Of a DNA stretch of 64,000 nucleotides, positions 12,455 through 25,207 are shown one piece after another. The DNA comes from Octopus vulgaris (Eukaryota). The stretch lies in contig OX597821.1 of NCBI GenBank assembly GCA_951406725.2, positions 39,494,001 through 39,558,000 on the forward strand, in the 5' to 3' direction. Made by a program: the position numbers and the translations under genes. Each line of letters begins with the position of its first letter. Position 1 is the first letter of the stretch. Under the pieces are notes generated by a model. The model was not told where the DNA came from and ran no database searches. It worked only from the letters and a program-made list of their open reading frames with translations.

Positions 12455-12850
12455 CCATCATCTTCACTGCTTTAACGTCCACTTTTCTATGTTTGCAGGG
12501 GTCAAAAGATATTTGTTGAAGTAGATTGGTGTACTGCCAGATGACCTTCCTGCCACCAGAAACCCTCACTTCTTTTCAAGCAAGGTAATATTTCCCATGA
12601 GCAGAAATTTCAGAGAATATTGGAAATGAATGGTGACACTTGTTTATGACTGTCATTGATATCAGAATGTCGAGACACACACACAAACACATGACAGGCT
12701 TCTTTCAGTTTCTTCTTACCAAATCCAGTTGCATGACTTTCGTTGGCCAGGGGCTATAGTAGAAAATACTTGCCCATGGTGCCATGCAGTGGGACTGAGC
12801 ACTAGATAATGTAGTTGTGAAGCAAGTTTCTTAACACCACAGCTACACTT
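12455..12850 (-). mobile_element. CORE-type SINE (family B head) with RTE-derived 3' tail
   Basis: The head matches 37687-37830 (ccatgggcaagtattttctactatagc..ggaaactgaaagaagcc). The 3' end matches the RTE tail (gaaaagtggacgttaaa..gatgatg). A sister copy lies at 25632-26010. Confidence 0.7.
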
Positions 12851-14174
12851 GTATGTATTCAAATTATTTAAATTAATTAGTTAAAGAGAATTAATTCAGT
12901 AAAAATATAAAGAAGCAACAAAAGATTTTAAGATTGTCATTTAGTTGAATCCTGAGTCAGCTCTGATCAAAAAGTCTTTGAATCAGGTGGAATGCCAGCC
13001 ATGTTCCTTCTTGGCATTTGTTTTTCTTCTTTCTTTTGCTTTTAGGACCACCTCATCCCAATATATCTGTTTTTAAGACTGTGGCGTTGTGCTTTGAAGA
13101 GGTTTTGGTTGCTATTTCTAACAAGGCAAACAACCACATAGAGGTACCCGCATCTTTTTATAATGAAATAATTAGGATGCCATGAACGGCATGCCTTATG
13201 GTATGTCTTTCTAGCTCTGAACATCCTAAGTTCAAAGCTGACTGAGGTCAACCAACGTATTGCCTTTTATCCTTCTGAGATTAAGACAGCAACAAGTATT
13301 GGAGTTAAATGGCATCAAAAGCTCCCTCAAAGCTGCCGGATTTGTGCTAAAAACGTGATTATGGGAAATTCAGGAGAAATACACAGACACTTCCTACCAG
13401 CAGAGTTCACGAGGTAATTGACATTATTTGATTTGAAGTAATTTAATGATGCTTTATTGTGTTTTGGGACAGAATATTTTATTCTGTATTGAAGGAGTTC
13501 CCTTACCTGTTGGGAGAAGACAAAGCACCATTAAAGAATTATTTCTAAGATAGAAACTAAGATAGTTTGATCTCTGGGGTAGTTTTAAGTCCATGATGTC
13601 ATATGTAACCAACAATGTACTGGAATGTTTATTAATGAAACCAAAAGTAAGTTACAGAATTTTAAAACCTCCTACAATGACGTTTACCTTATTGTGCGTG
13701 TGTGTTTGTGTACAGAGGAAAAGAAAACGGGAAAGGTCTGTCTCCAAAATAGCTCTCCATCTTGGTCAGATTTTATCTATTTTCATTACGGGTGGTAATT
13801 AGGTGGTGGATATAATCCAGTTTTGGGTTTAATAGCATCACCTGGTCTTTGAGTTTCCAAAGCGGAGTCTACACTGTTGCAAAAACTGGAGCCAGGTTTT
13901 CAGTCTGCGGATAAATTTCTTCTATCAATCTTCAGGCTCTGTGCTTTCACTTCTGACTAAGTCACCAAAAATAAAATGGTGGGGGACATCTTGTTGCTTG
14001 AAAATAAATGAATACTCTTGTAGACTACACTGTGGATTAGAGTAATTAATCAGAAGATTAATTAGGCGTTAACCAATAAATATGTTTGTGAGTGGTACAA
14101 AAGAATCAGTTCTGATTCAATGAAAGGAACCACCAGAAAAGAACACACACATGCATACATACTATGAAGCAGTA

Positions 14175-14365
14175 AGGAGCCTCTACATGGTCTTTCTATG
14201 AACTAGAAATAGCCAGTAAATCTTCCTCAAATCACAGCCGATCAAAATGGAAGGACATAATATCTTTCCAGTTAATGCATCCTATATCTTAAATCAATCT
14301 GGATATTGGTGGAATGGTTTTGGTCATAGATCTGTTCAATCAGAGCTGATTCGCAGTTAAACTAC
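14175..14365 (+). repeat. Old interspersed repeat family E
   Basis: ctagaaatagc..aaatctccctcaaatcac ... ggtcatag..tg...atcagagctga motifs recur at ~17430, 19570-19690(-), 25325-25495, 28030-28190(-), 43545-43950, 44290-44500(-), 50610-50780 and 50930-51080. Confidence 0.7.
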
Positions 14366-15901
14366 TACTGTTACCACTGCTACTACTGTTGCTACATAAT
14401 ATATACATTCAGTGAAATTAGCATTTAACAACCGACTCAATAGTAATTTTTGAAAATGTAGGCAATAAAATAGCATTGTAATGTCGGTCCTAGCATTGAG
14501 AGCTAACAAGGTGAACTTGTGTCATTTAGGGAGTTGTGTTGATTGACATGATTGAAGAACAATAGCTGTGCCACATAAAGAGTAAATGAGATTTTAAATT
14601 GAGCTCTAATCTCAGAAACTGGTAAACATAGGTTCCAGTACAATAAAATTATGTTATGGTGTCAGTGACATTTATTACGGTGGTTATTAAGTGATGCCTT
14701 TGTTTACACACCAATCAATGGCACCGTTTACTGAAAATCATAACACATAATTATGTGACTCGTTTTTCAAAATCTGACGAGTTATTATTATTATAAAGTT
14801 AAGAGTTTAATGGAAATTCAACAAAGGAAATAAAAAGTATTCCTAACATCTTTTTTTTATTCCAATCAGTCTTATTCATCTTCTGTGGCTCCTTTAGGGT
14901 TTAATTTTTGATCATTTATCAAACTTGATTTTTTTTTTTTTTTTCATGTATGGAAACCAATATTTATCTAGACATTGTCTATGAACTATAGACAGATAGA
15001 TACGTGTGTGACATTGTTTTAGCATCAGCAGAGCTAATGTATGTGTGTGTGAGAGGTGTGTGTGTGTGTGAGTGAGTCTGTGATGTGAAAGGGACCAACA
15101 TTCTTTGCTGCACAAAGATTAGAGACTTGAATGCTTTAAAATTAACGGAACCAGTTTTGTTCATTGTGTTTGGGAAAATTTTTGGTAAAATTCAAGTATG
15201 AATAATTTTCCTTATTTTTTTCTGTTTTTTCACTTTACTAAAATAAATAATAAAGTGACTGAAACTTATGTCTGTGTTTGTATGAGTATATGTGTAAGTG
15301 TGTTTATATGTGTGCGTGTGTTCCATTATATATATATATTATCAATAAACTATGTATCCATTGCAGGAACATAGCCATTACCCACATGACGTACAAAACA
15401 GCTTAAGCTGAATAAGAATGAAATGAAAATATAATAATAGTGATAATAATATAAATAATAATTTAATGACACTCAGCTATTGCAGTACAAAGTGGAAATC
15501 TGTGTTCTTTCATAGATATTTCAGTACCTTGCAACCAAAGTATCACCCACAGAGAGTTATATAAAAAAAATGATGTAAGTGCAGTAACCTCAGAATAGAA
15601 ATGATTTAAATGTGGTGAATGTGAGTACAAATAATAGCAGCAGTAATAATAATAATAATAATAATAAGTGGTGTGTTTTTTATTTACAAAAATTGAATAT
15701 ATAAATAAAAAACAAGGTTTTTTTTAATCAGAAATCACAACATTACACATATTACATACAATTTTCTAAAAGTATTGTTATTAAATTCAGTTTACTTTTT
15801 TACAAAGAACCTCAAACTCTCTTTTTCTCTTTTCTTTCTGTCTGTGTGTGTTTATGTATGTATATATATGTGTATGTATATATATATATATACATCTTTG
15901 A

Positions 15902-16140
15902 CATCATCATCATTTATTGTTTGTTTTCTATGCTGGCATGGGTTGGACAGTTTGACAGGAGCTGAAGAGCTGCCCAGGCCCCATAGTCTGTTTTGGCTTG
16001 GTCTCTACAGCTGGACATCCTTCCTGTTGCCAACCACATTACAGAGTGTACTGGGAGCTTTTATGCAGCATTGGCACAGGTGCATTTATGTGGCACCAGC
16101 ACCTACGAGCCACCACTGCCCATGAGTGCGCCACCACCTA
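15902..16140 (-). mobile_element. RTE 3'-end fragment
   Basis: catcatcatcattt..ctatgctggcatgggttggacag..ctacagctggacatccttcctgttgccaaccac. Confidence 0.8.
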
Positions 16141-16179
<39 letters not shown>

Positions 16180-16529
16180 TGTATATACACACACACACAC
16201 ATATAGACATATCGAAAATTTTGGGTATTATTCACTCACCACTACACATGTTTCATTTGTACATGTTATGAGGACACAGCTCAGATCTTAACCCTATCAA
16301 CGTGTGTGTGTGTGTGTGTGTATTGTACCATATGTATTTTTGGTGCCAATCACTCAAATTCAAGAATGATTGTCCAACAGAATAAACTTCTGTGGACCCT
16401 TATGTGCCTGTGTATGTCAATGAGGAATCCACGAGTCAAGCCACAGAACAGGTGTGTGATGTCTTGTGAGAGAGGAGGAGGCATCATGTTGGTTGTTTCA
16501 TGATGCTTTCTTTATTCACAGTTAGTTTA

Positions 16530-16665
16530 GAGTGGCATCGAGCTGTAGAAACTATGCCAAAGTAGATATTGGGAATTGGTACAGTCTTCTCGCTCACCAG
16601 CTTTTACTGGACTATTCAATCCGTCGTAGCATGGAAAAGGGACCTTAAATGATGACGATGATGAG
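16530..16665 (+). mobile_element. Degenerate RTE 3'-end fragment
   Basis: ggcatcgagctgtagaaac ... agcatggaaaagggaccttaaatgatgacgatgatg. Confidence 0.7.
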
Positions 16666-17815
16666 GATATGTTTGGTTCATGTCAAAATGCTGGGTTCTA
16701 TCTTACTTATTTCAATCATTCACCAATGATTTTTCTCTTTTATATATTGAGTACCTCACTTTCTCGAATTTGCTTTAACTACAGCCTTGAACCACTTCAT
16801 ATTTCTATGTGTGTGTGTGTGTGTGTGTGTGTACATGTCTTGTAATAGTAACCATTTGGGCAGTAGAACCCTGTATTATGTTCAGTAACTTAGTGGTTCA
16901 ACAGGTAGAAATTAATAAGTGCTAGCATCTATCAGATTAACTAAAAACCTCTTCACTTCAAGGTGGTGGCCCAACATGACTGCTGACCAATGACTAAACC
17001 AGGTAAAAGACTAAAGGAAGTGGGGGGGTTAAAAAAATAATAAACCTACGGTTAATGACTGAAATGAATTTGTTACCGAGTGAGTCATGTGTACTTCCAT
17101 AATCCGCACAAAGATTCTGCTACTCACAAAGAACCTGAAAACTTCATCTAATGTGATTGGATTTTAATAGAGTTATATGCTACCTAAAAGACACAACATA
17201 TTGTCTATCTCTGCAGGATATGTTTTGTAATTATGAGATATCTTGTCATAAATCCTACGGGAATTTATCTCATTTAGTGATGAAATATAATTGAAAACAA
17301 TGAAAGGCAGAAAATATAAAGCAAAATGTCTTTTCCATAGCTTGTATTATACACAATTTAGCAACTCTCGACTTACTAAATCACTGTGATACCACTCTTC
17401 TGTCACACCTATATCAATAATGGGTTCTCTATGTGACCACTTGATCTGCTAGAAATAGCAGCCAAGTCCCCCTCAAAACATGTCCTGACAACATAAAGAC
17501 AAACAAACTCATTAGATGATTCAATTAGAGATATACGAGCCTAGAAGAGATGAAGATGGAATGGGAATAAAGAAATGTGGAAATGGTTGTGCCTTAGAAC
17601 TTCAATGCCACCTTGTTTTGAAATCGAACATGAAGGTCTCACAAAGATTCATTTTGTTCTTAAGCAGATGGGTGAATAACTTGAGAAAAATTCAAAATAT
17701 TCTACCTATTTCATAATGAAAATAACCTTTTCTTTTGACAAAAGAAATCATTAATATTTGTAAGAAATGTTTCCAAGAAAGTCTATAACTCTCTCTCTCT
17801 CAACCTACAGTTATT

Positions 17816-18116
17816 TTTTTTTTTGTTTGTTCCTTCTCGAGCCATGCCTGGCTCATAAGGGCCGGTTTCTTGGCGTATAGATTCTCCACCTGGACAAGAC
17901 GCTGGTCCATCGCAGGTGAGCTGTAAGATGCAGGAGGAAAGAGAGAGAAAGTTGTGGCGAAAGAGTCAGCAGAAGTTCGCCATTACTTTCTGCTGGAGTC
18001 GTGTGGAGCTTAGGTGTTTCACTCATAAACACACACATCACCTGGTCTGAGATTTGAACCCGCAATCCCTCGACTGCGAGTCTGCTGCTCTAACCACTAG
18101 GCCATGTGCCTCCACA
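17816..18116 (-). mobile_element. tRNA-derived SINE (V-domain-like segment), apparently full length
   Basis: Reverse complement: A box tggcctagtggttagagc, B box gggttcaaatctc, then cctgcgatggaccagcgtcttgtccagg and an A-rich tail. Confidence 0.8.
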
Positions 18117-18386
18117 CAACCTATAGTTATGGAAAATAATCATTTGCTGCATAATTCCAGATTTTGTGACTCTATCCAATATTATTTTTGGCCGGGGGAG
18201 GGGGAGATGGGTACCTAATATGCCAGATGCATTTTTCCGAAATGTTTATTTGATATTAAGAGCATGGTATGATTGGAGGGAGCTAACCTTAAATTTAAAG
18301 GGTGTAGGGAGCTACATCTATATTTTAGGATTTTGTGGAAACGGCAGATGAAGAAAGAAGTGTGGAGTTGGATCTTGGAAATGTTG

Positions 18387-18700
18387 TCATCATCATCGTT
18401 TAATGTCCGTTTTCCATGCTGGCATGGATTGGACGGTTTGACTGAGGTCTGGAAAGCCAGTGGCTGCACCAGGTTCCAATCTGATCTGGCAAAGTTTCTA
18501 CAGCTGGATGCCCTTCTTAACACCAACCACTCATAGTGTAGTGGGTGCTTTTTACATGCCACTGACATGAGGGCCAGTCAGGTGGTACTGGCATTGATCA
18601 CACTAGGATGGTGCTTTTTATGTGTCACCAGCATGGGAGCCAGTCAGGGGGCACTGGCAATGACCACACTCAAATGGTGCTTTTTACGTGCCACTGGTAC
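18387..18700 (-). mobile_element. RTE 3'-end fragment with tandem units
   Basis: catcatcatcgtttaatgtccgttttccatgctggcatgg..ctacagctggatgccc..ggtgctttttac. Confidence 0.88.
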
Positions 18701-18775
18701 GTTAGAAAACATGAAAAGATTTTATTACATTGGAGACATGTTGAATAGAGGAAGGATTTGGTGTGTTAGACTGAG

Positions 18776-19078
18776 GTGAAGGTGTGTGTGGCTCAACGGT
18801 TTGAGTATTCAGCTTATGAGCATAAGGTCACGAGTTTGATTCCCAGCAGAGCAACACACTTTACTTCATACTACTCCAGTCCACTCAGTTGGTAAAAACG
18901 ACTTGTACCAGTAATTCACTAGGGCCCAGCCTTGTCACATTCTCTGTCATGCTGAATCTCTCTGAGAACTACATCGTGGTTACATGTGTCTGTGGAGTAC
19001 TCAACCATTTGGACATTAATTTTCGAAGCAGGCTGTTCTATTGAATGGATCACTGGAGCACTCATTGTCATAACCGCC
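18776..19078 (+). mobile_element. Degenerate tRNA-derived SINE (head related to 48486 and 28675)
   Basis: gtggctcaacggtttgag..gagtttgattccc..cactttacttcatactactccagtccactcag. Confidence 0.65.
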
Positions 19079-19763
19079 AGCCTCTGCCAGTTTAGACTAA
19101 GACATACATGAAAGCAGTTCAAGGAACCGAGTGGTGTGGTGATGAGGAGGGGAGTGTTGCTGAAGCTGAAGGGGAAAGCATCTACTGCATGAGGGACAAG
19201 TGTCATGTTGTATAGGAGTGAGGCCTTGGGTAATGAATGTGGAGCTGGAAAGACTGGAAATTAGAATTGTTTGATGGATAATCACAGTATTGTTGAGAGA
19301 CAGTGCGATAACAATAAAAGGCGGAGAATAATGGGAATGGCAGAAGAGGTGATTGTTATGAAGAGAAATGGGATGAAATGGTTGGGTCATGTGTTGAAGG
19401 ATTGAAATGAATGTGGAGAGAAGGAAAGAGAAAGAACCAAGAAAGGTATGGCGAAAGGTAATGTAAATGGGGAAATGTGGGTAAGGGGCGGGTTGGTGTA
19501 GAGCCTGTAGAAAATAGGCAAGAAAAAGATGAGAGTGTCATAAATGATGCAATGTTTACTCACATCTTTTAGCAGATAAAATTTCCTTAAAACTATTGTT
19601 GTTATACTCATCCAATTTTAAGATGGTAGAGTGAAGTTTGAGGAAGACTTGACTGCTATTTCTGTCAGACCAAGTTATAGAGACTTCTTCCCCGATTCAT
19701 TTATTTTAAGATTTCTTTCTTAGGCATAGTGATACTAATAACCCGGTGTTAGAACTCAATATA

Positions 19764-21017
19764 TTGGGTCATCCCATAAATAATGCAGTTTTTTCAAATG
19801 CATGAGGGAGACGGGATGAACAACCTGCACCAACTTACTATAAAAGCAGGAAGTAATTTTACCTTGTCCTTATTCTTAGTGCAAGTTTTGAAGATTACAG
19901 TTCGATTTTAACAGTTATTTATCAAGGCTATAATGGAAGTGACAAAGGAGCATATTTGGCATATTTTCCTTTATAAGTTCAATAAAGGCAATAGAAAGTG
20001 CGGGGAATACAGTATATGGTGATCAGACAATAAGTGTAAGCCAGTGTCAATGGCAGTTCCATTAATTCTGTACCGGAAACTACAGCCTAAAAGATGAGCC
20101 TCATCCTGGAAGATTTGTAGAACTTAATGAGGATGTCCTACAAGCCCTGGTGGGACAAAATCCCATTGCAACTGTTGAGGAACCAGCAGAGAAGCTTGGA
20201 TTTGGTCATCCAACTATTCAACGATACCTGCGTGCCATCAGAAAAGTCAGCAAATTGGATTGATGGTTTCCTCACAAACTTTCCGAGTCTAATTGCACAC
20301 AGAGTGTGAATGTGTGACCTTCTTTGCTGTCATATCTCATGAATGAACCTTTTTGGACCGAATAGTGACTGGAGACAAGAAATGGGTTCTCTATGAAAAT
20401 GTAAAGTGCCGAAGACAGTGGGTAGAGAAAGAAGAAACACTAACTCCCCAGGCTAAAGAAGGTCTTCACCCACGTATGGTGTTGTTATCTGTTTGGTGGA
20501 ATATAAAAGGTTTAGTCTACTTTGAACTTTTAAACTCAAACCAAATGATAACAAAGGAGATCTGCTGTAAGCATCTTGGATGGCTTGAGTTAGTGCTAGA
20601 AGAAAAATGACCATCTTTGGTTTCAGGGTGAAAGGTGTTCTTCCATCAGGATAATGCTAGGCCACATACAGTGAGGATGATGTTCCAAAGGCTGGAGCAG
20701 TTTGAATGGGAAACGATGCCCCACTTACCATATTTGCCAGACATTGCCTCACCTGGTTATCATTAATTCTGCAGTCTTCAAAATCATTTGGATAGAAAAA
20801 ATATGAACTCTGTAGATGAGGTCAGAACAGTACTGGAGGAGTATTTTTCATCACAGACAAGTAAATTTCGGAAGATGGGCCTTGCAAGTCAACCAGATAG
20901 ATGGAAGAGCATTGTAGAAAATGAAGGAGAGTATGTTTTACATTAAAAAAGAACACTTTGTTTATCTTTGAAAAATAAAAGAAGTATAAAATCCGCAATA
21001 TTTATGGGATGACCCAA
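19764..21017 (+). mobile_element. Full-length mariner (DD34D) transposon, inactive
   Basis: TIRs ttgggtcatcccataaataatgc / gcaatatttatgggatgacccaa, TA target duplication on both sides, length ~1.25 kb. Confidence 0.95.
19933..20946 (+). pseudogene. Mariner transposase pseudogene
   Basis: MEVTKEHIWHIFLYKFNKG.., WFPHKL (WVPHEL-like), IVTGDKKW, FHQDNARPH, PYLPDIASPGYH (YSPDLAPxD with the third D lost). Multiple stops and frameshifts. Confidence 0.92.
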
Positions 21018-21075
21018 TAGATATGCTTCAGAAGAAAACATTAAGCAAATACAGAGCATAGTATGAAATTAATGG

Positions 21076-21366
21076 AATGACAAGGAAACAGAAATTACAT
21101 AATCACTTTCACGAGCTTACAGCTGTTTCTGCTGTAAGATACAATACATTAAGAGCTTGAGCATCACCTTATAGCTTCCTCAGAGCTTCTAAAATGAAGT
21201 GGAACGTCGAAATCATTTACATCCATGTGTGTAAATGCTTTCCTAAAAGAACTTGCACTTCCTTTTTGAAGCTCTTAGGAAGCTATAAGGGATGCACAGA
21301 CACTCAGCTCTGTGTGCATTCCATCTTACAACAAGTTGATTATGTAGTTCCTGTTTCATTATCCTT
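21076..21366. repeat. Inverted-repeat element carrying a hammerhead motif
   Basis: Arms 21161-21201/21256-21295 and 21082-21105/21337-21360 are reverse complements. Confidence 0.75.
21114..21187 (-). ncRNA. Type-I hammerhead ribozyme motif
   Basis: Reverse complement agct-CTGAGGA-a-gctataag...cttacagc-a-GAAA-cagctg-TA-agct. Palindromic stem III ACAGCTGT, GUA cleavage triplet, stem I agct/agct. Confidence 0.7.
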
Positions 21367-22695
21367 TATTGAATCATGACTCATGCATATAATATGTTGG
21401 TCACAGATTCACAGAAGACCAAGTTGATATTTTACTGAACTCTCCTACAAAGAGACTGTTGTTCAGGTCCTTTCACTAAAACTGCCCTCTCTATCTAACA
21501 GAACACTCAATTCTTGGAGTTCTGAAGGATGAGTTGCTCAGTTTTTGTTAACTCAGTTTACTTGATATTTTTTTTTTACTCTGCTGAATTACATAAACAC
21601 AACAGAATCTCATTCCCCTCCTTCTACAAAGCTAAGTAACTTTGCCTATATTGGCAATGTCATTGGGCTCCTGCAGAAAGCAACACATTATTCTGCTGTG
21701 TATTTCTCTATTTCCCAAAGTTAGTGCTAACAATAAAGTCTATAGCCTTCATCACCCGTTCTCACTAGTTTTATTCTATTTTCCAGCAGTTTATGCGGTT
21801 GATTACTGAACCTAACCTTAACTTACAGCTTTTATTCATACTTCGCCAAGGGTCCATTTCACAGCCTAAATCATTAAATAAGACAAAAAAGGGAAAGATA
21901 AATAAAATAAAGTAATATGGTTGCAACATTGTTTACTGGTGTAGAATGATGGATATCTCATAAATAGAATCCTGTTTTATTTATATAATATTTCCCCCCC
22001 TGTTTTCATTGTAATCTTTCTCCTTGACAGAGCAGATAAACCCATAGCTACTGGGACCTATTATTGACACAATATTGATTGTCTTTTAATACTATATTGC
22101 TTTTTAAAAAAGAACTGTTTTATAGCAAACCATATCATGTTTGCAGTGTTGTTTTCCTCATATGTATGCATTGAAAAGAACATGAATTTGCCAAATTATA
22201 AATAATTGTGGCCTTACCATGTGACTGAGTAATTTCTAAAGTGCATAGATAAGTATATGTCTTCTGGGCAAAAAACAAAAATATCAATGGACAAGAGATA
22301 ATATATTAAAGCAGAAAAGTCTTTGTCTGGTGTGTGAAAAATAACGGTTACTAAAATAGCTGAATGGATAAGGTATCTGACTGCTTGCTCATATGTTGTG
22401 AATTCAAATCTGCTTCAAGTGTCTTATGTTTCTAAGTTGATATACATCATCTTATTTCATCTGGCTGCTGCAGAATAAGTATCAGAGTTTTACTGAGAGA
22501 ATTGCATGATTTACACCCTGTCCAGAGAAATATAATCACTGAAACTAAAGTCAAGAAACATTCTCGTAGCTTTATGAATACGCATAATTTGTGAAAAGAA
22601 TAATTAAATTTTTTCCAGTTAGATACACTCATACATATTCAGAGATGATTGGTTTCTTGCCATCTGCATAAAATTAATAGGGGTACTTGATTTAA

Positions 22696-22918
22696 CTCTT
22701 TTGGTATCAACCCATCTTAGAAGATTGCTAGTGGTTCTATGATACAAACTTACTGTTACAAAGTGATATAAATGAAAACCTTCGGTGAAAATGCTTTATT
22801 AATCTATATCCTAAATAGACTAATTTATGACAAAGTTATTTTACAAAAGTCTTCATTGTTTTAAAACTTAATTGAAACAAGAGCAGTATATTCCAACAGG
22901 AATATGGTAATGAAAGTG
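22696..22918. mobile_element. Degenerate piggyBac-type MITE
   Basis: ttaa-ctcttttggtatc ... ggtaatgaaagtg-ttga ends; internal similarity to 43603-43817. Confidence 0.5.
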
Positions 22919-23889
22919 TTGAATTTCTTTAGACATGTTTCAGTCTGTTAGACCTCACTAGTATAACATAATACACTTAAATCTACCTGGTCAGTTCTCA
23001 AAAAAATTTACTTATAAGAAATAAGTTATAAATTGTTCTAGGCTGTACAGTTACAGCCTCAGTGATGTAAATAAAAAGCCAACATCGCATTCATGATTAA
23101 ATCTGGTGAAGAAAGTCAAGGGAAACAACTCTTGAATTTAAGTGAAATAAAGTAGTTTTGACAAGTGATGGTTTCCAGAGACAAAAAAATGATACTGCAT
23201 AGTTTGGTTCTGTAGATGCAATTTATGTTGAAGATAATTTGGTTATGAGTATATATTTTGCAACAGTCAAAATACACATTACACAGACCGTACCATATTA
23301 TATACATACACACATACTTTACTGCATTATTTTCGAGTTAATACCAAAATGAAATCTATTCCCAGAAATTGCACTAGCTGCAAGGTTAGTTATAGATTAA
23401 ATTTATTTTTGAATCATAAAATTTATATATATTCTTGGAAGATGTGATTTCAACTGGTTGTTTTCCATAAAATTAAGTTACTACTTTTCAACCAAAACAA
23501 CTAAGAAAATCTCAAGAGATTTATGTCCAAAAGAATTGGAATCCACAGAACAGCATATCTAATTATTCAATTGAATAATTACTAATTACTCAATCTTTAT
23601 TATTTTGCATTTTTTAAAAATTTCTTTGTTTTTAATGATTCGGCTAAAAAAGGAAAGTTGATATCCATGAGATATCCTATGGGAGGAAAAGGGTACAAAA
23701 TTTCCCTCAGACTGGAGGCTTGAAACAGACAGGAGTCTAGTAGAGAGACCCAAAAACAAGATATTGATTTTAAACTGGGTGAAAGTTTAGGTTTAGCACC
23801 CAGAGGCTGCAGGCAGCAAGCCCACTACGCATGCATGACTTCAGAAGTTCCAACAAAACTTGTGCTAAAAGAATAATAATAATAATAAT

Positions 23890-24845
23890 AATCCTTTCTA
23901 CTATAGGTACAAGACATGAAATTTGGTGGGAGGGAGCTAGTACTTAATTACTGGTACTTAATTAATTGACCCAGAAAGGATAAAAGGCAAAGTCATCATC
24001 GTTTAACATCCGCTTTCCACGCTAGTATGGGTTGGACGATTTGACTGAGGGCTGGCGAACCAGATGGCTGCACCAGACTTCAATCTTGATCTGGCAGAGT
24101 TTCTACAGCTGGATACCCTTCCTAATGCCAACCACTCCGAGAGAGTAGTGGGTGCTTTTATGTGCCAGTCAGGCAGTACTGGCAACGACCTCGCTCGAAT
24201 CTTTTACACATGCCACTGGCACAGGTGCCAGTAAGGCAATGCTGGTAACGATCACGCTTGAATGATGTATTTTACGTGCCACCAGCACAGAGGCCAGATA
24301 GCCACTCTGGCAACGATCACACTCGGATGGTGCTCTTAATACCCTACTAGCACAGGGCTTGAGTGCCAGTAAGGTGACGCTGGTAACATCATCATCATCA
24401 TCATCATCGTTTAGCGTCCGTTCTACATGCTAGCATGGGTTGGACTGTTCTACTGGGGTCTGTGAAGCCAGAAGGCTTCATCAGGCCCAGTCAAATCTGG
24501 CAGTGTTTCTACGGCTGGATGCCCTTCCTAACGCCAACCACTCCGTGAGTGTAGTGGGTGCTTTTTACGTGCCACCCGCACAGGTGCCAGACAGAGCTGG
24601 CAAACGGCCACGAACGGATGGTGCTTTTTATGTGCCACCGGCACAAGGGCCAGGCGAGGCTGGCAACGGACATGAACGGATGGTGCTTTTTACGTGCCAC
24701 TGGCACAAGGCCAGTCGGGGCGGCACTGGCAACGGTCGCGAAACGGAAGGTAACGTCAGCAGAATTTGAACTCAGAATATAGCAACAGAGGAAATACTAC
24801 TAAACACTTCACCTGGCATGCTAACCATTCTGCCAGCTTGCGGTT
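23890..24845 (-). mobile_element. Family A SINE split by two stacked RTE 3'-end insertions (23994-24387 and 24388-24748)
   Basis: The SINE reads ..aaaggcaaagtc| and resumes as gtcagcagaatttgaactcag at ~24756. Two (CAT)n-started RTE tails lie between, with ggtaac flanking the second. Confidence 0.8.
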
Positions 24846-24865
24846 ACTCCTCCAGAAAGTAAAGA

Positions 24866-24996
24866 AGCAATAAAGAAGAGTGTGACTGTTATCAAATGAA
24901 TAACAAGATTGACAAGTATAGTTTTGAACCCATGGAAGACACACGAGATGTCGAAATATCGTTCATTTGATAACACTCACACTCTTATTTATTGCT
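24866..24996. repeat. 35-bp inverted-repeat hairpin with degenerate hammerhead geometry in the spacer
   Basis: 24866-24900 matches the reverse complement of 24962-24996 (33/35 identical). Confidence 0.75.
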
Positions 24997-25009
24997 AATA
25001 ATAATAATA

Positions 25010-25207
25010 ATGGTTTCAAATTTTGCCACAAGGGCAGCCATTTTGGGGGAGGGGATGTGATGATTACTGGTACTTAATTTATTGACCCCGAAAGAATAAA
25101 AGGCAAAATCAACCTTAGTGGAATTTGAACTCAGAACATAGCAACAGATGGAATACTACTAAGCATTTTGCCCAGTGTGCTAACCATTCTGCCAGCTCAC
25201 CACCTCA
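25010..25207 (-). mobile_element. Family A SINE between (AAT)n runs
   Basis: ggtacttaatttattgaccccgaaag..ggaatttgaactcag..ttctgccagctcaccacct. Confidence 0.8.

Larger units (their letters stand above)
18320..19560 (+). pseudogene. Old degenerate RTE LINE fragment interrupted by two later insertions
   Basis: LENMKRFYYIGDMLN (18701-18745), then KQFKE..RRGVLLKLKGK..VMLYRSEA (19110-19225). These parallel the RT C-terminal motifs at 7026-7358. Confidence 0.6.

Noticed and set aside
20353-20610. Active mariner transposase
   Set aside because: It is only a fragment of a reading frame with several stops and frameshifts and a mutated catalytic D.
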